Source: Takakia lepidozioides
Taxonomy: Eukaryota; Plantae; Bryophyta
DNA length: 64,000 nt
Direction: 5' to 3'
Assembly (NCBI GenBank): GCA_030704615.1
Contig: CM060731.1
Location: forward strand, 92,566,001-92,630,000
Shown: piece after piece, positions 38,116 to 51,000 of the stretch
Position numbering within the stretch: position 1 is the first letter of the stretch
Layout: each line of letters begins with the position of its first letter
Made by a program: the position numbers and the translations under genes
Notes under the pieces: model-generated
What the model was told of the DNA's origin: nothing
The model's input: the letters and a program-made list of their open reading frames with translations, nothing else
Databases searched by the model: none

Positions 38116-38623
38116 GGAAATATTGAAGATAGGAAGGGGGAGGGGGGGGAGGGGGGCACTCAAAGCAGGCTGTCCTTCACAGGTGCCTCTAGACTTGGCC
38201 CAACAATCACTTGCACAACGTACTCAATATTTTGACACAAATCCTGCAAGGCAGTCAGCACCCAATGAAGCAAAGCAAGCCTAAAGAGGGGACGGTGGTC
38301 CTGCACCTTCCAAACCCACCATTGCATTGACCTTTGTTGCGTACAAGCATGCTGGGTGGGAAGAAATGCCATGAACATATTTCCCTCTATCTACCAACAT
38401 GACACACGATGGTGTCCTCCAAACTCTGAAACAATATCGGCTGTTAAGAGCAGTTTTGTTCGTATGACAGTATGGACCACATTCCGATACATTAAACGTT
38501 CCATTAATTGTCTCACTTTTTGGCAAAAACTGAAATGTACTAATTTGGTTGTGCCCAATTGAACATTACGAGTCCTTACAAAATCTCTGGTCTACGAGCG
38601 TCAAGCTTAATCTCGACTTGGAT

Positions 38624-39122
38624 TCAGCGAGGAATGTTGTCCGAATCAGAACAGTCTTCCCCTTCACTGCCCCCATCTGCAATTTGCCTTGCGCTAGTTC
38701 TCAACGGCACAATGTCTTCCTCATTAAACTCAACTGCTCCTTCCAAAGAGAGTGGTTCTGCCATATCAGGTAGATTTCGTGGTTCCCTCAAACCCTCAAA
38801 GTCCGCATTCTCCCCAAGGTCCAACTCAGTCACATCGGCCACGACTCGTTTGGCCCGGGGGTCTTTGTGAAGAACCACCTTCCATCCAGACTCATCGGTG
38901 TCATCTGAAAAGAAAACTTGCTCTTCTTGCCATGGGAAAATGAATGGCTCTTCATCTGCTGGTAGCAACCTTCTGAAATCAACAAGAAAGAACCTGTACT
39001 CATCCCGATTCATGGTGACATTCTCTCCCACCATGTTGGCTCTCACCCAAGAACACCGGAAAAGAATTGGCTTCACAAGACCATAGTCTAGTTTCAGGAT
39101 TTCCTTGATGACTCCTACATAT
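38624..39122 (-). mobile_element. CACTA (En/Spm) Tnp2 transposase C-terminal fragment (DUF4216-like)
   Basis: YVGVIKEILKLDYG...LFRCSW...DEEPFIFPWQEEQVFFSDD...WKVVL. Cut at 39122 by an LTR. Confidence 0.85.
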
Positions 39123-39826
39123 TGTAGGAGGCATGAAATTGGATTCCGATCTCGTGCACAATTGTAGAATAATAGAAAATTCTTTGTGGAGTAGCATTTA
39201 GAATTGGAGTGCAAATGAACAAGAATTGGATGTGAATTGCACTATGGGGTTCGATAATTTGATAGAATTGGGTAGGATGCTAGAACGGAAGTAAATTCAG
39301 ATAATGGGGATGATAATTGGTAGGAATGGGGTTATTAGGATAGATGTTAGCCCATTGAATCAGTGCTAGGTAGTTATGGTAGTTAGAGTAGGACACTATG
39401 AGTTCAGCTGAACCGATGTATTCATGGTCATTCGAGCGAGAGTGCCGAGGCCCTAGCACATGAGATGCTAGTTTGTCGTTTTCAGTAGCTTAAGTAAGAG
39501 ATAAGAAGAATATGAGTAGTGTGATGAGACAATGATCTGATGAAAGACTCTGTAAACTTCATGTTAATGTGATGAGATGTTGGAGTTTAATGGGAAGAAT
39601 TTTGTGTGAAAGAAAAAGATGAGGATCATTTGATGAAGTGTGCAGATCAATATGAGAGGAATTTAATTGAGATGAATATTAAGACATTTATTGTTGGGAG
39701 ACAATTAGAAGTAGATATAGTGTTCTAATCACGACATCCCAGCAAACAAACTCTAGACTGATTGATCTTTTTCTTTAGGGTTGATTATAGTTTTATCCTA
39801 CATCTTTTTGGCGCCGCTGCCGGGGA
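39123..39826 (+). mobile_element. 5' LTR (39123-39802) and Athila-type PBS (39809-39826) of a gypsy retrotransposon
   Basis: Terminal inverted repeat TGTAGGA...TCCTACA followed by TGGCGCCGCTGCCGGGGA (tRNA-Asp-type PBS). A degenerate coiled-coil ORF follows at 39977-40571. Confidence 0.8.
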
Positions 39827-41073
39827 AAGGCCAATCGAATGGGCTATTTTAGAACATTATATTATTGGTAAAAGAAACGTTGGATCAAAAGAGAAACTGA
39901 ATTATGAAGCTTAGATTAGGGCTTAAAAAAAAAAAAAAACTTAAATCTTTCACGGTCTGTAGAGGCAAATTCCTGGATGACATATATTGAGACAGATCTT
40001 GCACTTCGAATTGGTTATTTAGGCATTGATATTTTGAATTTGGAGGCCAAACTCAAAGAGTTGGAGGGAAGGAATCATGATTTGACTGTTCAATTGAATT
40101 TGGCTCAAACGACAAATTTGGAGGAGATCCGGGCAAAAGATTTTGAGACCGAAGCTTTATGAGGAGCATTTTCAAAGTGAGATTTCGACCTTGAAGGCAA
40201 AGTTAGATACAATCTCAATCAAGAAGGAGAAATCATTACTGGATAATGAAATTTTGCAAGAAGAAAATCAACTCTTATACATGAAGGTGCAATTTCTTGA
40301 TTATCAAGTTGCCACTCTCTTATCTGAGAAAGTAAGTTTTGAGCAAGATAATGTAATGGCTATTCAACAATGTAAATAAATTGCTTTGGAGGTCATGCAA
40401 ATAAGGGACCAATTCACTCAATTGAGGAATTTGCAAAAAAACACAATTTTTGAGGCAAAGCTAAATTCTTGCAATTATCAAAAATCGCAAATTTCTTTGG
40501 GGAAGATCAATTTGGACGTGTGTTCAAATTTTGATACATTGAAGGCCATTGAGGAAAACTCAAGTTGGTGATTGTGATAAATTGCTTCAATTGTGCTTAC
40601 AAACAACAATGCAAGTGTATTACCATGGAGGTGATGATATTTTCATTTCTTTTGAAATTGATACAATTGTGAAAGGCTACTCTTAGTACATGGTGCCACT
40701 TGCATAGTGGCCGAAATGACTTGTGACAGTATAGGTAATTCCAGCCTAGAAAGACTACATAGAAAAGCAGGGGAGGGCTTGTAACTTGACACCCACTGTC
40801 TCCACGGTGTCATGACAGCAGTGTTGTTTAGCTAAAATTTATCTGGGGAGCCCATTCAGACCTTCAAAACAAACGCCCACAAGTTATTTGGGGGGGGAGG
40901 TTTTGTCGGTTTTCTATCGGTCAGTCCTACACACTTGTCATCGTATCACCATTTTGCCGTTTCCGGATTTCCGGCGGCCTGTTTTTTTGCAGAAAACTAC
41001 GAAGACACCATCCACACGCGTTCATTGCCGTTTTCTGAGGTTTTGGACCCTGTAGTGGGCAAAGGTTTATATA

Positions 41074-42534
41074 ATGTCGGGGGTTGTGAATTCAAGTTCC
41101 GGGGCGGGGTCGTCTGGGGGGCGGAGGAAGAGAAAACGTGCCCACGAGCGGGATAGCCAGGTCAACAAGCCAGACTACCCGGGACCGGATGCCTTGGATA
41201 TGGTAAAAGAAGTGGTAGTGGATTATTTCAAGGGTAGGGACATGATGAGGCTAGAGAGTGCTTATGTCAGGCATGGATGGGAGGGGTTTCAGATTTTTCA
41301 GCAAAATATGGAGAGGAAAATGACAAACGCTTTGACGGGGGTTAAGTAGACAGCGGACAGGGACAAGCCGAAGTTCAATCGGTGGATCCAAAGTAGGGCG
41401 AAAGACGCCACCTGGAATTTGAGGCAGCTAATGAAGACATGGAAGGGTAGAACAACCGAGGGTCGAGTGCCCTCCGCCGAAGCTGAGTTAATGTGGCGTG
41501 TTGAGTATTGGGCTTGCTCGGCAAGTCAGAATTCACATCGCCGGACTAGGGTTGTCCCTTGGAAGGCGGGGTCATCGGGCGGGGGAGGCACAACTGGTCT
41601 TTATTACCTGAACTCTAATGCGAAGGTGGTAGAGATTGGCCCTTACAAAGAAGGAGGGTATGCTAAGGTCCATCACTGTAGGATTATTGACGATTCTAGA
41701 ATACCGGAGCGTTGGGAGCTAGCGGGAAAAAAACCCAAATCCAAAAATCCAGAAAAGGCGTTGAGACAACATAACGACGAGTGTTTGACAGTGAAGTTCC
41801 AGCATCCAGGTGTTATCTCGTATTTTGCTGTGAATGCACATGAGGTAGAGGGTTACACTCGCTGGTGGAATAGGGGGACAATACGCGACATGATGAACCT
41901 TGACAGAAAACGGGGCAACGATTCGGACAACATGGTGATTTTGGAACAAAGGGGAATGAAAGCAGAGTTCCAGGAATGCGATCGCTTGCTTCGTTTCCGG
42001 AAAGTGCGCAGTAAACTTGCATGGGCACTGGTGTGCATCATGGATGTTGTCCACAAGAACGGTGTTCTGCACAACGACTTGTCCCCCGACAACATCTTGT
42101 TGCATTTTCCAGATGGCACCGAGGAGATCAAGATTGGGGTGTGTGATTGGGGCTTAACCACCCCATTGGGCATATGCAAAGCCTCGTCGTACCAATTTGA
42201 AAACCAAGACAAGCTGGACCGGGAACTCACGAAAAAATGGTGGGTGGAAAAAGATATTGCATCGGTTTTCAATGCGAATGCCACCCCCCCCTCCCCTCCC
42301 CATGACATGACGCCGGAGGCCTTTGCCGTTGGGAAGATAACGGTACGAATAAATGGCGGCGCTCATTATGATCAAAGTATGTTCCAGGACCAATTTACGG
42401 GAGGTTGTTGGCATTCAATGCTACAAAGGTTGTACGACAACAACAAGAATGAGAGAGTCACATTAGCCCATATAGTACTTCGGTTCATGGGCAAGCCATT
42501 CAATTGGCCTGAGCCGAAAGACAGTCCTCACTAA
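41074..42534 (+). pseudogene. Intronless protein kinase-like gene with one in-frame stop (41347-41349)
   Basis: ORFs 41074-41349 and 41419-42534 share a frame. Motifs EGGYAKV, LAGKK, HPGVI, VLHNDLSPDNILL, VCDWGL. Confidence 0.8.
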
Positions 42535-43659
42535 CCTGTTGGTTTTTATGGGGGCTTGTGATGGGACCAGGTGAGGATCCTCACCTACTTTGGATTGGCG
42601 TGGCCAATCAATATGCCAAGGGAACCACCTCGCCGCCAAGTCGAAGGCTACTTTTTTCATGGCCTCCCAATACTCACCAATGGGGTCACCGACCTTATTG
42701 GTCTCTAAGGGGGGCACCTTCATCTTTGGCAAATCAAGATTGCGGGGACCCGAGGTCTTTACCTCGTCCATGCTCTTCTGAACTACCTCTCCCTTGTCTT
42801 TTGTTGCCCCACTAATGCCCTCCACTGGCTGCACGCTCATCTAAACTAGCTCCCCCTTGTCTTTTGTGCCCCCACTAGTGCCCTCCCCTGGCTGCACCTC
42901 TCTCCTTCTACGCCTCTTTCTCTTACGCTCCCTCTCCTGGGCCTGTCCTTTCCCCTTCCCCTCCACTACTTCCCTACCCTCCTTGATGATTAGGGGAACC
43001 TCGAGGACACGACGTCTTTTCCTCTTCCTCTTACCGTCCCCACGGGTAGGAACCACCACTGTCCCTGCTTTGTCGGTGGCAATCCCACTGCTTGCCACAA
43101 GCTTAGCCACGAATGCGCCAAGCTCCTGAACACAAAACCCACAAAATTAGAAACAAACCAGAAACAAAATGAAAGGCAAAGGAAAGAAAAAAAGGTGAAG
43201 GAAAGAGGCTCACCTTTGCGTCCATGACCTCAATGTTGCCCTCGGTCCCCGCTTGTGGTGCACCCCCCATAACGCCCTCTCGGAATAAGGGTGGAAGCCT
43301 ATCCCATGCACCCAATAGGCTCGCAGGCGGCGCCCCAAAGTCCATGGTCTTCTTCATTGACCGTTCAAGCGACGGACTTCACAAGGGGCCCTCCATAGCC
43401 AGTGTCACCTCTCCTCTTCCCCCTCCCTTTCCCGTGCCCCCTTATTTCCCTCTTCCCTCTTCTTGTCTTCCTCCCTCTTCATTTCCTCCTCCTTCCACCT
43501 CATTGCGGCCTCCTTTGAAGCCTCCCTCTTCTCCCGAGGTGAGGAGGAACCCACCCCCTTCTGAGCCCGTGGGGTGGCGTCCCAGCCTGAACATTGGGTG
43601 CACCACCCTCAAGTGGAGGCTCATCCCCAGCCTCAACCTTCGAGGGCGTGGAGGCCTCG

Positions 43660-44820
43660 GTTTCATTGCACGTTATCATATTGAGCAGCAGAAGATGCAA
43701 TCATGATTTCTGAGTTATTCCAGTGGGGATCATTGGGTCTTACCTTCAGTTCCACCCCATATGTATCTGTATGATGCGAAAGTCATGATGCAGAAGGATT
43801 CCCAGCTTCGTTCATGGTTTAATTTGGCTTGGAACAACTTGGCCAAAGAGAAATTGGGCCCTGATGATATTTTCTATAAGGGACATGAAGCCTGGAAATA
43901 CTTACACTGTTCCAAAGTCATTGGCACACCTCTCACCTATACGGCCAAAGAGTTCAGGGAGTTCACTCATTTTGCTTACAAGCGATTAAAGCAAGTAGTA
44001 CAGTTTAAGCTTCCAGACATGGTGGGCCAACACTGTATGCCACGCAGGATTCCGGAGGAGCCACTTAAAGTTCGGCCACCGAAGCACCTCAGGGGGGAAG
44101 ATGATTCTGATACTACTGGTTCTACGGAGGAACCTTTTGACATGGCGGAGGACTATGCACTACAGATGGCAGAGAAGAAATGACGGGGATCTCCTATGCC
44201 TGAGAGGTTACCTTGTCATCAACCACATGAGGGTCAGACATTTCCATTTGGTGCTCAATCGCCTCCATCAGCCAGTGACAGGGCTCGAGCTTGCACACAG
44301 AGCCCTTCAAGAGACTCTCACCGACAAAAGGGTGCTCGCTCACAAAGGTTTGCTGATCCTAAACAGTAAACCGTGAGGACACGGCTTTTTGAGAGGGGGA
44401 GGGGTAATGTTAGAGGGCTGTCTGTGACTTAGACACTTTTATGGGTTCTGTGGGGTACCCTTAATTTTTGCGCAGACTTACGGATGGTAGACTTAGACCA
44501 ACGGAGGCCTTAGGGGTGGTAGACAGGCACAGGCTTTAGGGGTGGTAGACATGCTTACACACTCAGTCACAGTCGTACACAGCCTATCATAGTCTATCAC
44601 AGCCATACACAGCCTTACACAGCCCGACACAGCCTTATACAGTTTGTCACAGTCAATCACAACCTATCACAGTTAGTCACAGTCTATCACAACTCGACAC
44701 AGCTTTGCACAGTTTCACACAGCCAGTCACAGCCAGTCACAGCTCGGCACAGTCACAGCCGACACAGTTTGGCACAACCCGTCACAGTGTACATAGGAAA
44801 CGGTTATCTTTGGCAGGGAA
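43660..44820 (+). mobile_element. 3' end of a gypsy element: ORF remnant, PPT (44391-44407) and start of LTR (TGTTAG at 44408)
   Basis: GTGAGGACACGGCTTTTT-GAGAGGGGGAGGGGTAA-TGTT pattern typical of gypsy 3' ends. The LTR carries ACAGCC/TCACAG repeats like those at 32205-32440. Confidence 0.65.
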
Positions 44821-45449
44821 CGACTGTGTGGGAACGACTTGCAGAGCCAGTCCCAGTCCGAATTGACTTGGGAACCCGGACGACCGGTGACTTGGTAGCA
44901 GCAGCAGCAGTCGCAGGACCTTGCACAAAGTCGTCGTCGGAGTCACTCCCTTGGGGCCCCTCCTGCGCCTCCTCTGGTGCCCCAGTGGTTTTCTATTTTT
45001 TGGGGGTTATTGTACTCCCCTGTTTCCGTGTCCTTTTCTTTTGTCCTTTATTCTTCTCATTCAATTTCTCCTGAATACTTGCCTAAGCAAGCTCTGCCGC
45101 TTTCCTGGACTTGGCAAGCGCTTTCGCCTCCTTTGGACCCAGCGGAGGCAGCGGAGCCCGATTTCGTCGGGCCTCCGCATCCAGCTTCAATTGAAACTCG
45201 GATGAGTCAAGCGAGCCGAGCGGAAGGTCCACATACCAAGGGCAGTCGCGCAAATGCTCTAGATGCCACTCCTTCACGATAACGTCAGTGTACATGGAGT
45301 CAGCTCCAGGGTTCCTCCATGCGAGGAAGAATGGCGGCTTGAAGGACAGATGATCTTTCTCCAACAGGGAGAACTTGCAGTACCTGCATTCAAGAAACAC
45401 ACACAGAATGAGGTCCCGAGAACGAGGTAAATTTTAGGGAATGAAACTA

Positions 45450-46375
45450 CAAAATAGACGCCGAATTTCTATGCGGGGAGGGCCCGGTGGTCCCGACTCT
45501 CCGGGGTGTCCTGCAATGAAAGTGGAAATTCGGCGCCATTTTTCCCGTGGGCGAGGGGGCCCATTCTGGGACAGCCGTTTTGAGGCCCACTCTAGAAAAA
45601 TAGCGCCGAATTTCCACTTTCTGGCTGGGGTGGCTGGCACCGGAACTGAAAATTCAGCGCCATTTTTCCATGTTGGGGCCCAGCCCTTTCTGCCACTTTT
45701 GGACCCAGCCTGGAAAAATGGCGCCGAATTTCCAGTACCGGGCCCCGAAAATGTCTAAGTCCTGGGGGTGGCTGGCACCCATTCTGGAAATTCGGCACCA
45801 TTTTTCCAGTTCTGGGACTTAGACATTTTCGGGGCCCGGTACTGGAAATTTGGCGCCATTTTTCCAGGTTGGGTCCGAAAGTGGCACGGCTTTGAAAAAT
45901 GGCGCCGAATTTCTAGTACCGGGCCCCGAAAATGGCTAAGTCCCAGGGGTTTCTGGCACACATTCTGGAAATTCGGTGCCATTTTTCCAGTTCCGGGCAA
46001 AGTCATTTCCAGAATGTGTGCCATCCGCCCCAAGGACTTAGCCATTTTTGGCGCCCAGTACCGGAAATTCGGCGCCATTTTTCCGGGCTGTGTCCGGAAA
46101 TGGCTAAGTCCCAGAAATGACTAGGCCCGGAACTGGAAAAATGGCGCCGAATTTCCAAAATGTGTGTCATCCGCCCCAGGGACTTGGCCATTTTCGGGGC
46201 CCTGTACTGGAAATTTGGCGCCATTTTCCCAGGTTGTGTCCGAAAATGGCTAAGTCCCAGAACTGACTGGGCCCAGAACTGGAAAAATGGCGCCGAATTT
46301 CCAAACTAAGTGCCAGCCACCCCCGGGACAGCCATCCCAGGGCCCGAATCAGGAAATTCGGGGCCATTTTTCCAG
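45450..46375. repeat. Intronic AAATTCGGCGCC / ATGGCTAAGTCC array (copy C)
   Basis: Same motifs in the homologous intron, with more degenerate units. Confidence 0.88.
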
Positions 46376-48013
46376 GGACTTCTTCAGAACTAATTTTCAT
46401 GCGCCACATTAGGCGTCTTACATCCTGGAAATGTAGGGACTACAAAGAAAGGCACCGCGTATCTACTTGTACAGAAGGCGCATTGCCGCTTTGTCCGCGT
46501 TCGGCTGGTCGGTGAACTCGTGGCTCCGGCGGGCATGGGGTATCTCTCGAAAGAATAGGTCGGTTTTGTAGAGCAGAAAGTACCTTGTCACATAGTCGCG
46601 TAGGCTCTCTTCTTCACCAGAAATCTCCAGCTTGAACTGATGTGCTTGTGTGTCAAGCTGCTCTTGCGCATTCGTCGTCACCTGTGGAGATTCTCCATCA
46701 GACCGCTTTCCTCAAAAAATACAATAAATCCACCCGATACAAGCATAGAAGCGCCAAATGAAGCGTGGGAAAGTACCTGAAACCACCATGTCATGCGGTT
46801 CATCCACATGTCGAATGTGGGGTCAGACAATTTGTCAGGTTTGGGGAAGCTCCACATGTCCCTTGTACATTGGGAACCATTCCAGATTTGGAGCCACCGG
46901 GTCTGTCCAACCACCCAACATATTAGTAAGCGCCAAACACCACAAAAAAGAATTGTTGCCACGACAATTTGGTTAAGAATGTATAACCTTTTCTGTTGCA
47001 TCCACACAGGATGTGGCTAGACGATGCAACTTCTCCAATGTCATCGTGGGCTTCAGAGCGCGGGAGTAGTGCTTCCCCACCTCCACCAGAAAGTCGGCAC
47101 CAAGGGCGGGATTAGCTATGGCCACGTACTTTACCATCCGCGACTTGTACTTGATGCGGGCCTTCGCCTCCGCAACTTTGAGATACGATTCCAGTGCCGG
47201 GAGGGTTAATTTCTTCTCATTTGACTCCATGTAGAACCTCCGCGCATGTGCCAAATCCTGCTGAATTTTCGTCTGTCAAGAATGCGCACATAAGATTAGA
47301 AATCCTGGTCAACACTTTTTCTTCTATTGGGGGAGGAGAGACAGATTAGCTCAACAAAATAGTTAGGAGCTTTACCCGAAATATGTAGTCCACCATGGCG
47401 TCCATGCTCAGCCTATACCAGGTTCTGTCTGCCTTTGCCTCCGACTTGCGCATGAGGTCGGCACTGAGCGAATTGGCAAACTCTTGCACCCCCTGCTTTC
47501 CAACATCCTTCACTCGGAAGATCATGTGGGACAAGTTGGTGGCAATGAAGGCATTCTCAGTCACCCTACAATGCCACATTTCCATTAAACAATACTGACA
47601 TGAGAATTTGCAACAAATATGACGATTGGCAATGAAATGATTGTTTCAAATTCAAAGTTCCAAAGCAAGAGGCATTGTAACTTACGAGTTCATGTCTGCC
47701 ATTGCAGCTTTGAGAAAACTGCGATCTTTGGGCCCCGCAACCTTCAGCACAACACACTCCACGGCGAAATGTCAATCCAGGTTGTTGGGGTGGGCTTGGG
47801 CTATGTGCTCCATCCATGCCAGGAGGCGATGATTGTCGTCCCACACGTAAAACATCTTTCTGGACAAGTGCTGGAAAAGTGGATCAGTAGCAATCAATCT
47901 CTCGAACTCCTCATTTCGCCTTTGCCAATGGGGACCCCATTTGTCCACCTCATCGGAAGTGTGGGCTCCGTGGTCGTTCTCAATGGAAACGTAAAACGCG
48001 GCGGACCCCATTC

Positions 48014-51000
48014 TGTCGCGGCCCTTTGCCTTGAGGGCAGGGGGTCGGGACACATCAGGGGCTGCCCCTGTGGTGGGGGCAGCGGCAGCGATAGGTATGG
48101 GGGGGCTGAGGCACCCTTGAGTGCCCAAGGCACTCAGGGAAGCGGAGGCGCTCACTAGGTGAAGCCCCGCACACCGGGTTGCGGTGGGGGTGGCTCCACA
48201 AGCGGTGGGGTTGGCTCCACAAGGGGTGGTGGTAGCTTAGTGGGACTTAGTGGGGGTGGCATAGGACTCACCATGGGGCGGAGACCTCGTGGTGGGAGTC
48301 GTGGGGAGTCTTGGGACTCATCACGGTCCATAGGGGCCGTGGTGAGCGGGCCAAGACTCACCGCGACTCACCACCGGGAGTCGAGGGTTTTCGTGGTGGT
48401 TCGCCATAAAATGGCATGGCTGGTTGTGGAACCCCCGCGGACAGCTACAGAAGTATATATAGGGAGTAGTAACCCCGAGAACGGTGCAAGCCCGTTGGTG
48501 ACCAAAAACTAGTGAGTAAGCGAGCGAGCCGGAAAGCGACCAAAGAGTGGGGAGCTGTTCCGGACTGCCATCTACCAAAGGGAATTCTCCTAGTCCCAAA
48601 GAGGTGGAGGGTTTAGAAGGAAGCGAAGGGGGGGACCGTTATGTCCCGGTGAGCAGCCGAAGCTCCAAGTTGGCCCGGGCGGCCAGGTTGGGAGTCAGGC
48701 GCGCGCATCAAAGCGAGTAACTAGGACTTGAAGGGGAGCTTACCGGAGTGAGGTGCGCGACATTTGGTATCAGAGCTTAGAGTTCAGTACGCGATCGTCC
48801 TTGGGATTGGCCTCATCATGGGGTCGGGCAAGCCGAAGCGAAAGCGGAACGGCCCAAAAGATGATGATCCCGGTGAGCCCGATGGGGGCGACGTGTCACC
48901 GAGGCGGCCGTTTGAGGAAGCGATGAATGTTTCCGAAAACGAGGCCGCTCAGGAGCGGGAGGAATCCGAGGAGTCGGAGCCCGAGGAATCCTTGAGAGCT
49001 CCGACAAACCAAGAGATGCCTCCCATGCCGGCAGCCTTTTGGGAAGGGTTGTTGGCGCAGTTTGGCGGGACGTTGAAAGACGTGTTGAAGGCGGCTAATG
49101 CCACTTCCACTAAGGCAAAGTTTAAGGTGAAGCCTAAGGAACCCGGCACCTTCGAGGGCGTTCGAAACCGGAAGGCACTCAACACCTGGCTCCTGGAGCT
49201 AGAGCAGTACTTCCGGGCGGCCAAGTTGAGTGACGAGGATCGGGTGGAAGTGGCTCCCACCTATTTGAGGGGCTATGCTCAACAATGGTGGCAGAAACGC
49301 CTTCACGACCGAGGCCCAAGCCCGGAAACCTTGAACTGGAGTGGGTTCAAGGAATTGATGAAGAGACAGTTTGTGCCCCTCAACGCGTCCTGGCTTGCCC
49401 GGGACAAGATGAGGAATTTGAAGCAAACAGATGACATTCGGGGGTACGTCCAGGCTTTCAATGTGCTGTTGCTCGAAGTCGCGGACATGGCAGAACCAGA
49501 AATGGTCTTCAACTTTGTGGCGGGACTGGCCCCATGGGCCAGGCGGAAGTTGGAGGAGAAGCCACCCAAGACTTTGAACGAGGCAATTGAGAGGGCTGAA
49601 TGTTTCTCGGATGTCCCTAGGGGTGAAAGACAAGGCCGTACGGAGCTGAACCACAAGAAGACCCGGCGGGAAGGTGACTCCTTCCGACCGGAAAAGAAGT
49701 GGGATAGGCCACGCGGCGATAATGGCATGTGGAAATCGAAGGGAGGGCCTTCGTACGTCAAGGCGGCACCCGGTGCTCCGAAAGGAAAAGCGGGTGGAGC
49801 GGCTTATGGCGGACAGAAGGCGACCTTTGATGGAGTGTGTTTCAATTGCGGGGAGCCCGGGCACATGGCCAAGAAGTGCACGAAGCCCCGGCAATTGAAC
49901 ATGACTCGGGCGACCACGGAGCTGTCAGAAGATACCATCAGTCGCTTGGTGGAAGCGGTAGTCGCCAGGACTTGCAAGGTAGGCAACTATTCTTGTGAGT
50001 TGTATCAGGAAACTGGCGCCCTGCGAAAAGGGAGTCAATTATTGTTCGTGGATGGGATAATATCCGGAACTAACGTGTCGTTGTTGGTGGACACAGGAGC
50101 GTCGCACTCCTTCATGACGCCGGTGGCGGCGCGAAAGTTGGGACTCCCGACAAGTGACGTGGGGGCCTCTATTGAGGTGCGCTCTGCCAAAGGAGAACCT
50201 CAGTTGGCGACAAGGTTGGCGTTTGATGTTCCTCTTCAACTGGGGAGTTGGGAGGGACGTGAGAACTTCACTATCTGCGAGATCGATGGAGTGGATCTCA
50301 TTTTAGGGATGACCTTTTTGAGCAAATCCGGAGCGGTCATAGATGGCCGCAAGAGAGTAGTCACGCTGCCATGTGGGAATGGTGGCGAGGTTTTACGAGT
50401 GTCGGAAACGCCCAAATCCGTGGGAGGGCGAATAAACCTTCTATCAGCAAAGGAGTGGGCCGTGGAGGAGGCACACGAGTCCCAGTTTTTGCTTTACATT
50501 AGAGAAGTGAAAGGAGAAGGCGATGGGGAGCCGAGCCCAGATTGGATCAAGGGGATTTTGGAGAAATACCAGGATGTGATGCCGGAGGATTTACCAAGCG
50601 GCTTGCCACCGCGAAGAGGAGTTGACCACAAGATTGAGGTGATACCGGGATCGGGACCGCCTGCCAAGGCGCCCTACCGATTGAGCCACAGAGAGTTGGT
50701 CGAGCTGAAGACTCAGCTCAAGGATCTAATGTCAAAGGGGTACATCCGGCCGAGTAAGTCACCTTACGGAGCCCCGGTGCTATTTGCAGACAAGAAGGAT
50801 GGGACGCTGCGGATGTGTGTCGATTACAGGGCTCTGAATAAGGTGACTATCAAAAACCGGTACCCTTTGCCAAGGATCGACGACCTCTTCGATCGGTTGG
50901 CAGGAGCAAAGTATTTCAGCCGGATCGACTTGCGCTCCGGCTATCACCAAATTCGGGTGGCAGAAGGAGATGAGGAGAAGACCGCGTGCAGGACAAGGTA

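Noticed and set aside
39123-44820. A single LTR retrotransposon carrying the kinase
   Set aside because: The 5' LTR (TGTAGGAGG...) and the LTR starting at 44408 (TGTTAGAGG...) are not similar beyond the first bases, so they belong to different elements.
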